Origin: Nitrospirales bacterium
GTDB lineage: Bacteria > Nitrospirota > Nitrospiria > Nitrospirales > UBA8639
Length of the DNA: 64,000 nucleotides
Assembly (NCBI GenBank): GCA_965223295.1
Contig: CBDCWC010000003.1
Span: 288,001-352,000, forward strand
Direction: 5' to 3'
The notes under the pieces were generated by a model, which was given only the letters and a program-made list of their open reading frames with translations, did no database searches and was not told the DNA's origin. The translations under genes and the position numbers were made by a program. Below, piece by piece: positions 49,258 through 59,238 of the stretch. How positions within the stretch are numbered: position 1 is the stretch's first letter; every line of letters starts with the position of its first letter.

Positions 49258-52200
49258 TTAAAACTTTCTATGACTTACGTTACTACTGCTATCAGTCGAG
49301 CCACGCTTCACAGTCACGACTTCTCCGATTCTCAAAAAAAACAACTTACATCCTTCGACATGGGGACCAAGTGACTGAAAAGCGGCATTTGCATAGATGT
49401 GCGCCTGTGATCTATATCTCTCCGCATACTCCACCACGTTAGAGGTAGTTACTCTATCAGTTTTGTAATCCCCAACCCAGACCTCCCCAGATTTTTCATA
49501 CACCACATCCATGATCCCTTCCATTATTCGGGGTTCTTTCTTTTCGTTAAGTGTTTCATGATCTGTCCAGGGTATGACGAAAGGCACTTCTCGTCCAAGA
49601 ATTGTCGCATTGTGTAACTCATCGTAAGAGGAAGAATGCAGAAAGGCTTCCATCAATTCTTCAATGTCCGCAACCACAAGATCAGTTTCTTGATCAGAAC
49701 GATCATGAAACATGTTATTGCGTAATATTGCTTGTAAAGGCTCTCGAAACGTTTGGAGGTCCAATTGAAAATTCCATTGTTCCAATATTCGATGCACCAA
49801 GGTTCCAATCTGTTGACTGCCTAATTTCGAATGTATTTGCCGAACGTAGGAAGGGTCAGAAGATGGGGACGTATGCAGCAAAGACGGACTCAGGAAAGCA
49901 CGATCTTGAACGATCTGTTCCCAAGCCATCTCCCGTTCACGATCTTTTTCTGGTGAAAGAAATACTGCTCTTTTTGGCTCAGGCACCCCAGATTTTGAAC
50001 CATTCTGAATGTTCTTTGACAGCAAGAGGTCTCGAGAAGTCACAACCGTTTGCCGAATCACTGATTCACCGATATGTAGGTTATCATGTTCAGGGTTGCC
50101 GATGTCTTCTTGGGCTACATCCTGGAGAAATCCCAAAAAACTCTCGCCGATCGGTTTGATCAATTTTCCTCCAGACAGGACTAACCGATCTCGAGCACGA
50201 GTCATGCCTACATACATCACTCGTCGTTGTTCCGCTTTCTGACAAATCTGTTCTTTTTCCCATAAGAACACCTGCCCTACATTCCAGGTCGGCGGAAACG
50301 TACACCCATAGACTCCACTCATCCAGTCAGCGGAGAGGTGAGCATGGCGATCTATCCCGGATGACTTTTGGTGCAAGCCTGGTAACACCACGACAGGAAA
50401 CTCCAATCCCTTGGCTTTATGAATCGACAACACCCGCACGGCATCTAACGACTCTTCCTCTAACACAGCTTCAGGTTCTGGAGGGTGGGTCATAATCGAT
50501 TCAACCAATTGAGCCACCCAACCGGAGAATGAAAGATGAGGAATTGCCGCCTGGGCCGTCATCAGGTCGCGAAGCTTCCAGATATTCCTCACAGCCTGCT
50601 CACCATGACTCGACGCTGCGGCTAACTCCAAAACCGGAAGCTGAGAAAAGATCTGGTCAATGCATTCAAAAACAGGAATACGTTTAGCCTGAACATGCAA
50701 CACGTTCAATTGTTCAAAAAGAAGAGTCACCACTGCCTTTCGTGGGCTGTTCCACGATTCCAGCATAGCAGTTCGTCGAATATCTAAAGGCCCAATCCGA
50801 ACGAGACTCATAATATCCTGATCAGGCACCCCACCGAGAGAGGAGCGCAAGATCCCAACCAACGCAATCGCATCGGTAGGATCATCCAACACTCTTAGCA
50901 CATTGACGAGATCGATGACTTCTTGCCGGCGATAGAAATGCCGTTCGCCATCAGTTAGATATGGCACGCCTCGACGATGCATGGCTTCCAAATAGACATG
51001 CGCATTGGTAAACTTTCGAAATAATACGGCCACATGGCCTGGACGCAATGGGCTCTGAATTCCCCCCTCTGACACCCATTGTGTATCTGAAGTCAACTGC
51101 TCCTGAAGCCATGCAGCCAACCATTCCGCTTCAACACGCGTGGCCCGATCGGCATCCCACTCTTCTTCTTCCGCCTTTGCCATCACACACAACTTCACTC
51201 CGGCCTCAGGCAAAACTTCTTCTCCTCCTCGCCCTGCCATCAAGGGAACATTGGGCGGTTGAACGTGCTCCTCCTGGACAAACAATCGATCAAAGATTCC
51301 GTTCACCACGTCAAGCACAGCGCGACCGCTGCGAAAATTTGTCGCCAAGGTACAGACAACTCCACCATCGTCCGTCAACCTACGAACCACATGATCAAAG
51401 GCTTGGATATCCGCTCGACGAAACCCATAAATGGATTGTTTAGGATCACCCACAATAAAGAGTTTTCCTGGCATCAATCGAATCGCGTCCCATTGCTGAC
51501 AGTGTTCACCTAATCGTTCACCCAAATACAAAAGAATTTCATATTGCAAGGGATCGGTATCCTGAAACTCATCAACCATGATTGCCTGAAAGTCAGCCTT
51601 GAGTTGCTCGCGTACGTGTGGAAAATCACGCAGAACATCTCGCACACGGACAATAAGCCCATCAAACCGAATCCACCCCTTGTCGGCATAAAGCTGACGC
51701 ACATGTTTCACAAATGGTTCGAGAAGAGATACCATTTTTTTCAAGAATTCCTCATCCACTTTCACAAGACGTTGTGCACTTTGAATCATTCGTCGCGCTT
51801 CCTGAAAATCGCTAGGATCCCATGCCTTCGGCGCTTGGCCAAGAGCGGATGCCAAGAGCGCGAGTTCATCAGCATCAAGAAGTTCATCCCCGACACAACT
51901 CCCTCCCAGCATGTGGTGAAATACGCGCTCGGCTAGGATCAACACTTTTTCTATCTTTCGTGGTTTCGCTGGACCATATTCTCGCAATAGAGATGCAATT
52001 CTTTGCCGATTCTTCTCTAACCACGACATCACAGCCGGCGAGGGAATAGCCGCATCTAATTGCCGATGGATCTCTGAAATTGAAACGTGATCATCACACA
52101 AGGCCAACGCACATTCTCGAATCCCTTTGAGATCCATGACATCCAGGATCTCTCGCCATTGCGCATGATGGGTTCCATCCTCACCAAGCGCTTCATCAAG

Positions 52201-52719
52201 CCAACGGTCCCATACCTCAGAAAACACCTGCACAAAGTGGGTCCCATCATCTTCTTGGAAATGGGGATCGACGCCACTTTCCAAGGGATAGAGTCTCAAG
52301 ACATGCGCGGCAAAACTATGGAGCGTCGTAATATGGGCTTGTTCAAGATCATTCAGAGCTTGCGTGATGGTATTTTCAATATGCTTCGCTGAAATTTGGT
52401 AACGTATTTGAAATGACTGGAGGAGAGGATACTCAGATGTTCCATTCTGTGTTACTGACTGACAGGCTGCTGAAAACTCATGTAATCTCTCGCGTAGCCG
52501 CGCTTTCATTTCATTCGCCGCTTTGTTTGTGAAGGTGAGCGCCAAAATTTCAGTTAATCGGAATGGACGTGGTTCTCGCAACAACGCATGCAGAAGTCGA
52601 TTCACGAGCAATGTGGTCTTCCCCGTTCCTGCGCCAGCCAAAACCACAACGTTGCGATCAAATGTTGTTTCTCCGAGATGCCGCGCTTCAGCATCCACCA
52701 GTGGAGAACGATTAGACAT
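49258..52719 (-). CDS. addA: AddA-like UvrD helicase/nuclease
   Basis: AGAGTGKT, LTFTNKAA, VDEFQDT, VGDPKQSIY.FR, SIHKAKGLEF, YVGMTRA, GIMD..DYKT; ATG 52719 overlaps addB stop. Confidence 0.9.
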   Translation of the reverse strand: MSNRSPLVDAEARHLGETTFDRNVVVLAGAGTGKTTLLVNRLLHALLREPRPFRLTEILALTFTNKAANEMKARLRERLHEFSAACQSVTQNGTSEYPLLQSFQIRYQISAKHIENTITQALNDLEQAHITTLHSFAAHVLRLYPLESGVDPHFQEDDGTHFVQVFSEVWDRWLDEALGEDGTHHAQWREILDVMDLKGIRECALALCDDHVSISEIHRQLDAAIPSPAVMSWLEKNRQRIASLLREYGPAKPRKIEKVLILAERVFHHMLGGSCVGDELLDADELALLASALGQAPKAWDPSDFQEARRMIQSAQRLVKVDEEFLKKMVSLLEPFVKHVRQLYADKGWIRFDGLIVRVRDVLRDFPHVREQLKADFQAIMVDEFQDTDPLQYEILLYLGERLGEHCQQWDAIRLMPGKLFIVGDPKQSIYGFRRADIQAFDHVVRRLTDDGGVVCTLATNFRSGRAVLDVVNGIFDRLFVQEEHVQPPNVPLMAGRGGEEVLPEAGVKLCVMAKAEEEEWDADRATRVEAEWLAAWLQEQLTSDTQWVSEGGIQSPLRPGHVAVLFRKFTNAHVYLEAMHRRGVPYLTDGERHFYRRQEVIDLVNVLRVLDDPTDAIALVGILRSSLGGVPDQDIMSLVRIGPLDIRRTAMLESWNSPRKAVVTLLFEQLNVLHVQAKRIPVFECIDQIFSQLPVLELAAASSHGEQAVRNIWKLRDLMTAQAAIPHLSFSGWVAQLVESIMTHPPEPEAVLEEESLDAVRVLSIHKAKGLEFPVVVLPGLHQKSSGIDRHAHLSADWMSGVYGCTFPPTWNVGQVFLWEKEQICQKAEQRRVMYVGMTRARDRLVLSGGKLIKPIGESFLGFLQDVAQEDIGNPEHDNLHIGESVIRQTVVTSRDLLLSKNIQNGSKSGVPEPKRAVFLSPEKDREREMAWEQIVQDRAFLSPSLLHTSPSSDPSYVRQIHSKLGSQQIGTLVHRILEQWNFQLDLQTFREPLQAILRNNMFHDRSDQETDLVVADIEELMEAFLHSSSYDELHNATILGREVPFVIPWTDHETLNEKKEPRIMEGIMDVVYEKSGEVWVGDYKTDRVTTSNVVEYAERYRSQAHIYANAAFQSLGPHVEGCKLFFLRIGEVVTVKRGSTDSSSNVSHRKF

Positions 52720-55700
52720 GCGAAGCCTTTTGCCTACGGAAAGCGCGGTAGGCTCGTGCCAGAGGTAGCCCATAGGCACGAGACCAGGAAGGATGATGCT
52801 GAAATCGACAAGCCGAGGCATACTGACAGTTTTGACAATGGACACCAGACATCATGAAAAACTGCCCGGTACGAATCCCCTGCACCCATGCCCGAAGTGT
52901 GTTACTCAGTTGCACCCCTGTCGCCGTATTCCACACGTCCCCTGAAAAGGAGGCCGAACGCACGGACTCCTCTTGCATAGGCCGCAAGTAGCGGAACTCC
53001 ACCGAGTGCATGGGAACGCAGCCTGACTCATCATGTGCTGAATTCTCTTCCTTTGGCAGTGGTCGCATGAGGGAATACAAAGGGGGCTGCAACCGCCGGC
53101 CTTGAAGAGCTTTCGTCACCAGATCCAATTCATCATCCTGAAACATCCGGCGCATGGAAACCTTATAATCCACAATACGAATCCCTGAATGACCCTGTGC
53201 CGTATCAACTCGATCAAATCGGCCACGAATTTTGAGCAACTCATGCGGTGCCTCTACATCATCACTCAACTCTCCGGCCGCTTCCACCTCAAAGCTATGC
53301 GACACTAAACCATGTTCGATATGCTCGCGTTGGTCATACTCAATCATCGCCAACATCATGCCAGTCAAACGCACATTCATCCAATCCCAAATAAGGCGAT
53401 ACCCTCTCCCAAATTTTCGTGCATGGACCTCACACACTTGAGACATCTGTTTCACGAGAAGAACCTCTATCTTCTCGGAGCTGATAAGCTGTTGCGGCCA
53501 CCCCTCTTGCAACAGAGCTTGATACACATTACAAAGCACCTGATGCACAAGTTCCCCCCAGACACGGCTGGGAAGCTCTGTTGACAAGCAATCCTGAAGT
53601 TCTCCAACCTGTAGCACCTGTTTCATCCAATAACGCATGGGACATTGGGCATAGGTGCCCAATGCCGTTGGTGAAAGACCACGCGCAACCAGATCCAGCC
53701 AATATTCCTGTGAGTCATCGATGATGCCATCATAGGGTCCAGCTTTTCCTCGACTCCTCTCTAGATGCGGAATCACTCTCATTCCCTCATGAAAGATACT
53801 CCACCATGGAGACCCTTCAGGTGCCTTAGGCTGAAAAGTATGTCCTTCGAGGACACCGCGCACACGTGACTCTAGCGCAGTTTCACTCTGCGACGGCCAC
53901 AATCCAACTCGCGCTCGTTCACTCAAGCTGCTAGGCAAACTTTGTTCTGTATCAAATCGCGGCAGATCCATGCCATGGAGAGAACCCCGCAGGAGAGAGG
54001 AGGGAATCAATGAGCGTCCATCCTGATCAGCCCGCTGACACACAAGATAGAGATACTCTTGAGCCGACTGTTGAAGCAGACTAAACAACAACTGCTCTTC
54101 ATCAAAGCCCTTAAGTTTTTCATCAATTTTATAGCCTAAACTTTCGGCTAACACCTTTCGATCCCAGTCACGTAAAAAGGCATCTTCCCGTACAATCCGT
54201 GGAAACACATGATCGTTCATTCCCACAATAAATAAGGCTTTGAAAGGACGCCCGCGAGCCGCCATCACATCTAACACTTGCACTCCCATTTCCGCTTGTC
54301 CTGACAGAGAGAGTACAGCTTTTTCTAATGCCGCTCGAAACACATTCGCCCATTGTTCCCAGGTCACCTGACGACCTAACTGGTCAAGTTGCCGGACTGA
54401 CGCTAGTACTTGTTCAAACCCATATTGCAAACGCACATTTCGCTCGTCGAGTATGCCAGCATCTGTTGAAGACGACGGATTTTCTGAAAACCAGGCATAT
54501 TTTTTGACGAAGATTTCATAGGCTTCAGTTAACTCTCCCACGGAGCCGGATACAGGAAGAGCACGACAATCAAACAAAAGTTCCGCAACAGCTTCCGCAA
54601 ACACTTGCAATGAATCGGAAACTTCCTCTACTGATAGATCACAATGTTCCTGCCATTCTTGAACTGCCGCAGGATCTCCAGCCACAGAGGCAAGCCGCTC
54701 CCAATCTTCATCACCTCTGACGAGACGAAAATAATGGACCGCCTGCACCCACACATGTGAACATCCCTGAAAAGACCGCCCGGCCTTGGACCTTCCAGGA
54801 AACCATGGTGAAGTCAGCACGTCCAACATCTGCCGCCAATGAAACCGATCTTCACGAAGTCCAGCCAATATCCACCAGACTTTCGCCAGCGGTTCTTCTA
54901 ACAAGGGCCGGGTTGCCGTCGTCCAATAAGGAATGTGATGAGCATTGAAGATTCTCGTAAGATCTGCGGAGTAAGGTTCAAGGCTTCGAGCTACGACTCC
55001 AATTTCGTGCCACGCATAACCAACCTGTTCACGATGCTGAACAATCGCTTTGCAGATGTACGTCAATTCACCTTCCGCGCCAACGGCATTAACGATTTGC
55101 ACTTGGGGAGTCCAACGTTCAACATGGCTTTCTGATTCAATTTCTTTATCTGCGGCAACCGATTGGTGCACGACACCAGCCTTCAGAAGATGCCGATCAA
55201 AAAATCGTTGTGCAAATTGAAACGACTCGCCCTCACCAAGAGGAAAAAAAACGGAAACCGTTGAGTGACGAGCCACTTCTTCTAGCAGCGTCAACTGCAC
55301 TTGGTTAATATCGTAGAATCCGTAATACAAAATTTCGGAAAGGCGAGCAAGGTAAAGGGAATACGGAATCCACGGAATGACCGCATGAGCCAGATCATCA
55401 GGCAACCCCACTGCAAGTTGACGGCTCCATGCCTGAAGCCTTTCATGCAGACGAAACACACCTTCCAGTCGTTCAGAAGCGGCTTCGTCAAACAGACCTT
55501 CTTGTAGACCCCGAAGTGCGACATGAGGCTCTACCTGCGCTTCCTGCAAATCCCGAATGGTTCGCCATAAAGCCTGGCACATTCCCAACGATCCCGCCCG
55601 CGATGCAAAGGGATTCGACCCGACGGGGTCTTCCTGCAAGAGATGAGATACGGCATAGTCAAAAAATATGTCGTCAACAAGCTCAACAGGGGAACCCACC

Positions 55701-55954
55701 ATGTACCCTTGACCGGTCACGCTCCGCTCAGCATCTAGACGCAATGCGAATTGATGAAAGGTTAAATAATGCACATCAAACAGGGCACACTTATGCTCGA
55801 CACTCAATAACCATTGAAGACGTCGTCGTAATGACTCAGAAGGAACAACGATAGCAAGAGGAGTTCGAGCGTCAGCAGATTTAATTCGCCGAACAACTTC
55901 AACCAAGCGAGATTCTAAATAGGGATGGAAAGGGCCACTGTGAAGAGTAAACAT
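52712..55954 (-). CDS. addB: AddB-like nuclease subunit with Fe-S staple
   Basis: LSPTAL..YAQCP, RGRFDRVD, IVDYK, LQPPLY, CQNCQYASAC; no N-terminal Walker A. Confidence 0.85.
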   Translation of the reverse strand: MFTLHSGPFHPYLESRLVEVVRRIKSADARTPLAIVVPSESLRRRLQWLLSVEHKCALFDVHYLTFHQFALRLDAERSVTGQGYMVGSPVELVDDIFFDYAVSHLLQEDPVGSNPFASRAGSLGMCQALWRTIRDLQEAQVEPHVALRGLQEGLFDEAASERLEGVFRLHERLQAWSRQLAVGLPDDLAHAVIPWIPYSLYLARLSEILYYGFYDINQVQLTLLEEVARHSTVSVFFPLGEGESFQFAQRFFDRHLLKAGVVHQSVAADKEIESESHVERWTPQVQIVNAVGAEGELTYICKAIVQHREQVGYAWHEIGVVARSLEPYSADLTRIFNAHHIPYWTTATRPLLEEPLAKVWWILAGLREDRFHWRQMLDVLTSPWFPGRSKAGRSFQGCSHVWVQAVHYFRLVRGDEDWERLASVAGDPAAVQEWQEHCDLSVEEVSDSLQVFAEAVAELLFDCRALPVSGSVGELTEAYEIFVKKYAWFSENPSSSTDAGILDERNVRLQYGFEQVLASVRQLDQLGRQVTWEQWANVFRAALEKAVLSLSGQAEMGVQVLDVMAARGRPFKALFIVGMNDHVFPRIVREDAFLRDWDRKVLAESLGYKIDEKLKGFDEEQLLFSLLQQSAQEYLYLVCQRADQDGRSLIPSSLLRGSLHGMDLPRFDTEQSLPSSLSERARVGLWPSQSETALESRVRGVLEGHTFQPKAPEGSPWWSIFHEGMRVIPHLERSRGKAGPYDGIIDDSQEYWLDLVARGLSPTALGTYAQCPMRYWMKQVLQVGELQDCLSTELPSRVWGELVHQVLCNVYQALLQEGWPQQLISSEKIEVLLVKQMSQVCEVHARKFGRGYRLIWDWMNVRLTGMMLAMIEYDQREHIEHGLVSHSFEVEAAGELSDDVEAPHELLKIRGRFDRVDTAQGHSGIRIVDYKVSMRRMFQDDELDLVTKALQGRRLQPPLYSLMRPLPKEENSAHDESGCVPMHSVEFRYLRPMQEESVRSASFSGDVWNTATGVQLSNTLRAWVQGIRTGQFFMMSGVHCQNCQYASACRFQHHPSWSRAYGLPLARAYRAFRRQKASHV

Positions 55955-56016
55955 TTAGACTGCGACCATATCAAATTGGTCACAAAAAGAGGAAAGGATC
56001 CAACTGACAGGAGAGT

Positions 56017-56187
56017 TCAACCAGTTTCAGGACCGATCAATTCGCCATTACAATCAGGGCATCCCCAATCACCGTCAATGCGCGACATGGGGTCGCCACA
56101 AAATGGACATTCCGGTGGAGGTCCGGAATCAACGACAGGGAAAATAGGGAGTTCAATATCTAATTCAGGTTCGTCATCATCATACAT
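56017..56187 (-). CDS. 56-aa acidic zinc-ribbon microprotein (absent from ORF track)
   Basis: Hand translation MYDDDEPELDIELPIFPVVDSGPPPECPFCGDPMSRIDGDWGCPDCNGELIGPETG; CxxC-x12-CxxC; 9 bp after upstream stop. Confidence 0.75.
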   Translation of the reverse strand: MYDDDEPELDIELPIFPVVDSGPPPECPFCGDPMSRIDGDWGCPDCNGELIGPETG

Positions 56188-56196
56188 AGCGCAAGT

Positions 56197-56475
56197 CTAC
56201 TCTTCCTCAGCCTTCTTTTTGGGTTTTGCCTTTGCCTTAATCGCTTTCTCAGCGCTTTCCCGCGGCGGCACCCCAATGAAGGTTAAACGCCCATTTATAA
56301 TCGTCGCCGGCACTGCCCGAATCGAATGCCGTTCCGCTAATTCTTGCCCCGGCTCGGAAGAAATATCAATTTCTCGATAGGTAAAACTATATTTCACTTT
56401 CATCCCCTTCCACATCGTTTTCGCGGAAGGACAGGCCGAACAGGACTTCGAGACCAACAGCGTCACATTTGCCAT
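56197..56475 (-). CDS. Thioredoxin/glutaredoxin-like protein
   Basis: CSAC active site, cis-Pro AVP, INGRLTFIGVP; ATG 56475 with AAGGGAG. Confidence 0.85.
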   Translation of the reverse strand: MANVTLLVSKSCSACPSAKTMWKGMKVKYSFTYREIDISSEPGQELAERHSIRAVPATIINGRLTFIGVPPRESAEKAIKAKAKPKKKAEEE

Positions 56476-56664
56476 ACCCCAACACTCCCTTTCACTTAAC
56501 AAAATAAAAGATTATGTTAGCATCGAAGAAAAGAGGCGAGCAAGGATAACGGAAATATCCTTATTCAAACAAAGAATCGGATTCGAAGAAGAAAACCGAC
56601 GAGAGAAGCATAGAACATCACTCTATGACTTGGAACAGTGTGTCTCCTCATGCTACGTTTGTGG

Positions 56665-59235
56665 TTAATTCCACAATCGTTGCCAGTTGGCCCATTCATG
56701 TTTCCAAATTCTGACATTGAGAGGAACAGGAATAAACTCATGTTGCTTTGCAGTGATGATATGCATTTGGGGTGAATCAAGAGAAGCTTCAATGACAATC
56801 GCACCATCACGATCTGTCCGGTAGATGGGGAAACCTTGCTCTACATAGGCGTCAATGACCTCAGCAGCTGGATGCCCATAGCGATTGTGAGATCCAACCG
56901 ACATCACCATAGCTTGAGACTTAATCTGATTGATCCAACCATGATGCAAGGAACTCTTGGCTCCATGATGCGGAATTTTCACAATGGTCGCCGAATGCCC
57001 CTGCGTTTCGTGCTGTAGCTGTTCTAGGGCTTGCTGTTCAGCATCTGCCGTGAATAAGACCGAATGCCTTCCACATTCCAGCCGAATGACCAGTGAACGA
57101 TTGTTCAACTCTGCTCCACTCATCTCATGTGTTGAAACAAGCATGACTGGGTTATTCCTCGCCAATGGACTCAACACCGCCAGCGAACAGGGCCCAGATC
57201 CAATGATGTCGGATCCTGCTCCAATCACGCGGTCGTCAAGATCAGAGGCGTCGACGGCCATCTGAAGCCGTTGGAAAAATTCTCTGGATCGTACAACGCC
57301 GTTACTCCAATATTTTCCTACATGAAAATTTTCTAAGACCCACGGGAGTCCCCCCACATGATCCCATTGCGGATGCGTGGCTACAATATGATCAATGCGA
57401 TGGATACCCTGATTCCAGAGATACGGGCCAATAACTGCCCGTCCCATATCTAAGCGACGATATCTAGGCCCGCCATCAATTAAGACGGTTTGACCATCTG
57501 GCAACTCCAGAACCGTCGCATCTCCCTGCCCCACATCTAAAAAAGTTACGCGTAGGACGCCTGGCTCCCAATTCGTTCGAGGAGACCACGCCCACCATAT
57601 CAAAATTGCGACTAATCCGGTTACGCAACTCCATCGTATGGTTGGCCGATGTGGTAATAACATGATCCCCGCCAACATGCCCCAAAACAGAAGCATTAAA
57701 CTTATAGAAGGGGATGCCACATGCCATTCCGCATATGGTACAGAGGACAGCCACACAACTGTGTGAGCAAAAAGGTCAAAGATCCATTGATTGACCTGTT
57801 CCAGAGGAAGGTTTTCCGCTCCACTCACTAACACACCAAGACCTGTCAGAAAACCAATTGGAATAACCAAGATTCCGACCATAGGCACAATCACCATGTT
57901 AGTCACCAGACCTAACCATGGAATTTGATGAAAGTAGAACGCCACCAACGGCAAAGTCGTCAGGCTCACCGCTAATGTCATGAACCAGGCAAGCTTGCCT
58001 TTTTCTTGTAAACTGACGAACCATTTTGAGAGTCTAGAATGGTCAGCCCCTTTCCGTTTGTCTGCGTTCAGTTCCTCAGTTTTTCTGCCCAACCACACCA
58101 TCCCAATGGCGGCCACCGAAAGATAGGACAACTGGAAAGAAATATCATGTATGGCTTCCGGATGAGGCAACAGCATCAACAATGCTGCAACCGCTAAGGC
58201 CGTGATCAGATTGCGTTCCCGCCCTAACCATATCCCGAAACACGCCACCACAATCATGATCCAGGATCTCACGGTCGCCATTTCTGCCCCGGCCAGAAGC
58301 ATATAGAAGGAAACTACCGGCAATGTGATCAAAACTGCACATTGCGTCGCTGTGAGATGAATGGAGACACGTTCCAACCAAGACGCTGGCAGTCGGTGAA
58401 TGCCCCATCGTGTTCCGGCGAAAACAACCAGCGCTAAAAGCCCAAGATGGGATCCGGAAATGGAAAGAATATGTACCGTCCCACTGGCCATAAACGCGTC
58501 GCGGATACCTTGATCGATATAGCTTTGCTCTCCAAGAATCATCCCTAAAAATAAACCCAATGCAGGATTGGAGAGGCTTTTCGTAGCCGCGTGATGAATA
58601 GATTGGCGTCCTTCATCTATCATTCTCAGCAGAGTGACTCCTAACGAATGTGACCGTGAGGCTGACACATTGATAGCTCCTGGTCCATAGACTGTCGCAA
58701 CAGCGTGAATACCTTTTTGCTTCAGATATTCACCATACTGAAAACCTCCCGGATTACGCGTCCCATACGGCTCTCGCAACCGCGCCCTCACATTCACATG
58801 ATCCCCATACACCAAGGAGACATTGGGTTCTCGCCAGGAAAGACGGACCCGACCCTCCGTGGGATCCGCCTGTCCATTGGACATGATAGACTCCACCTCT
58901 ACAAGCAGAATGACGCCATCCGGCGTTCGACGAACAGGGGCATCAATGACACCCTGAAACGTGACCGGCTGGTCGGTGGAAAATTCCAAGAGAGAAGAGT
59001 CTACCCGGCTCAAAACCGCCCAATGGGCTTGGCCTATCCCAGCGATGAACACGGCAAAGAACAAGACTCCTCCCCATCGGGAAAGAATTCTTCGTTGTTC
59101 AAGCCAGGTTAAAAGTAGACCGCAACTAAGAAGTGCCCCAAGAAAAGAAAGGGGAAATTGGGAGAGAAACGGGCCGAACCACAGCCCGACCAGATAGGCA
59201 CCCACTCCAAGCTGAATCACATAATTCAAAGCCAA
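56665..59235 (-). CDS. comEC: DNA internalization competence protein ComEC/Rec2
   Basis: NPGGFQY, SGTVHILSISGSH, SFQLSY, FLDVGQGD, THPQWDH, PHHG, NRYGHP, RTD..GAI. Confidence 0.93.
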   Translation of the reverse strand: MALNYVIQLGVGAYLVGLWFGPFLSQFPLSFLGALLSCGLLLTWLEQRRILSRWGGVLFFAVFIAGIGQAHWAVLSRVDSSLLEFSTDQPVTFQGVIDAPVRRTPDGVILLVEVESIMSNGQADPTEGRVRLSWREPNVSLVYGDHVNVRARLREPYGTRNPGGFQYGEYLKQKGIHAVATVYGPGAINVSASRSHSLGVTLLRMIDEGRQSIHHAATKSLSNPALGLFLGMILGEQSYIDQGIRDAFMASGTVHILSISGSHLGLLALVVFAGTRWGIHRLPASWLERVSIHLTATQCAVLITLPVVSFYMLLAGAEMATVRSWIMIVVACFGIWLGRERNLITALAVAALLMLLPHPEAIHDISFQLSYLSVAAIGMVWLGRKTEELNADKRKGADHSRLSKWFVSLQEKGKLAWFMTLAVSLTTLPLVAFYFHQIPWLGLVTNMVIVPMVGILVIPIGFLTGLGVLVSGAENLPLEQVNQWIFDLFAHTVVWLSSVPYAEWHVASPSISLMLLFWGMLAGIMLLPHRPTIRWSCVTGLVAILIWWAWSPRTNWEPGVLRVTFLDVGQGDATVLELPDGQTVLIDGGPRYRRLDMGRAVIGPYLWNQGIHRIDHIVATHPQWDHVGGLPWVLENFHVGKYWSNGVVRSREFFQRLQMAVDASDLDDRVIGAGSDIIGSGPCSLAVLSPLARNNPVMLVSTHEMSGAELNNRSLVIRLECGRHSVLFTADAEQQALEQLQHETQGHSATIVKIPHHGAKSSLHHGWINQIKSQAMVMSVGSHNRYGHPAAEVIDAYVEQGFPIYRTDRDGAIVIEASLDSPQMHIITAKQHEFIPVPLNVRIWKHEWANWQRLWN

Positions 59236-59238
59236 AAA

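Noticed and set aside
56017-56187. LysW amino-group carrier call
   Set aside because: Lacks the C-terminal EDWGE and no lysX/argX genes are nearby
55925-56380. 151-aa plus-strand ORF
   Set aside because: Antisense shadow of the thioredoxin and zinc-ribbon genes
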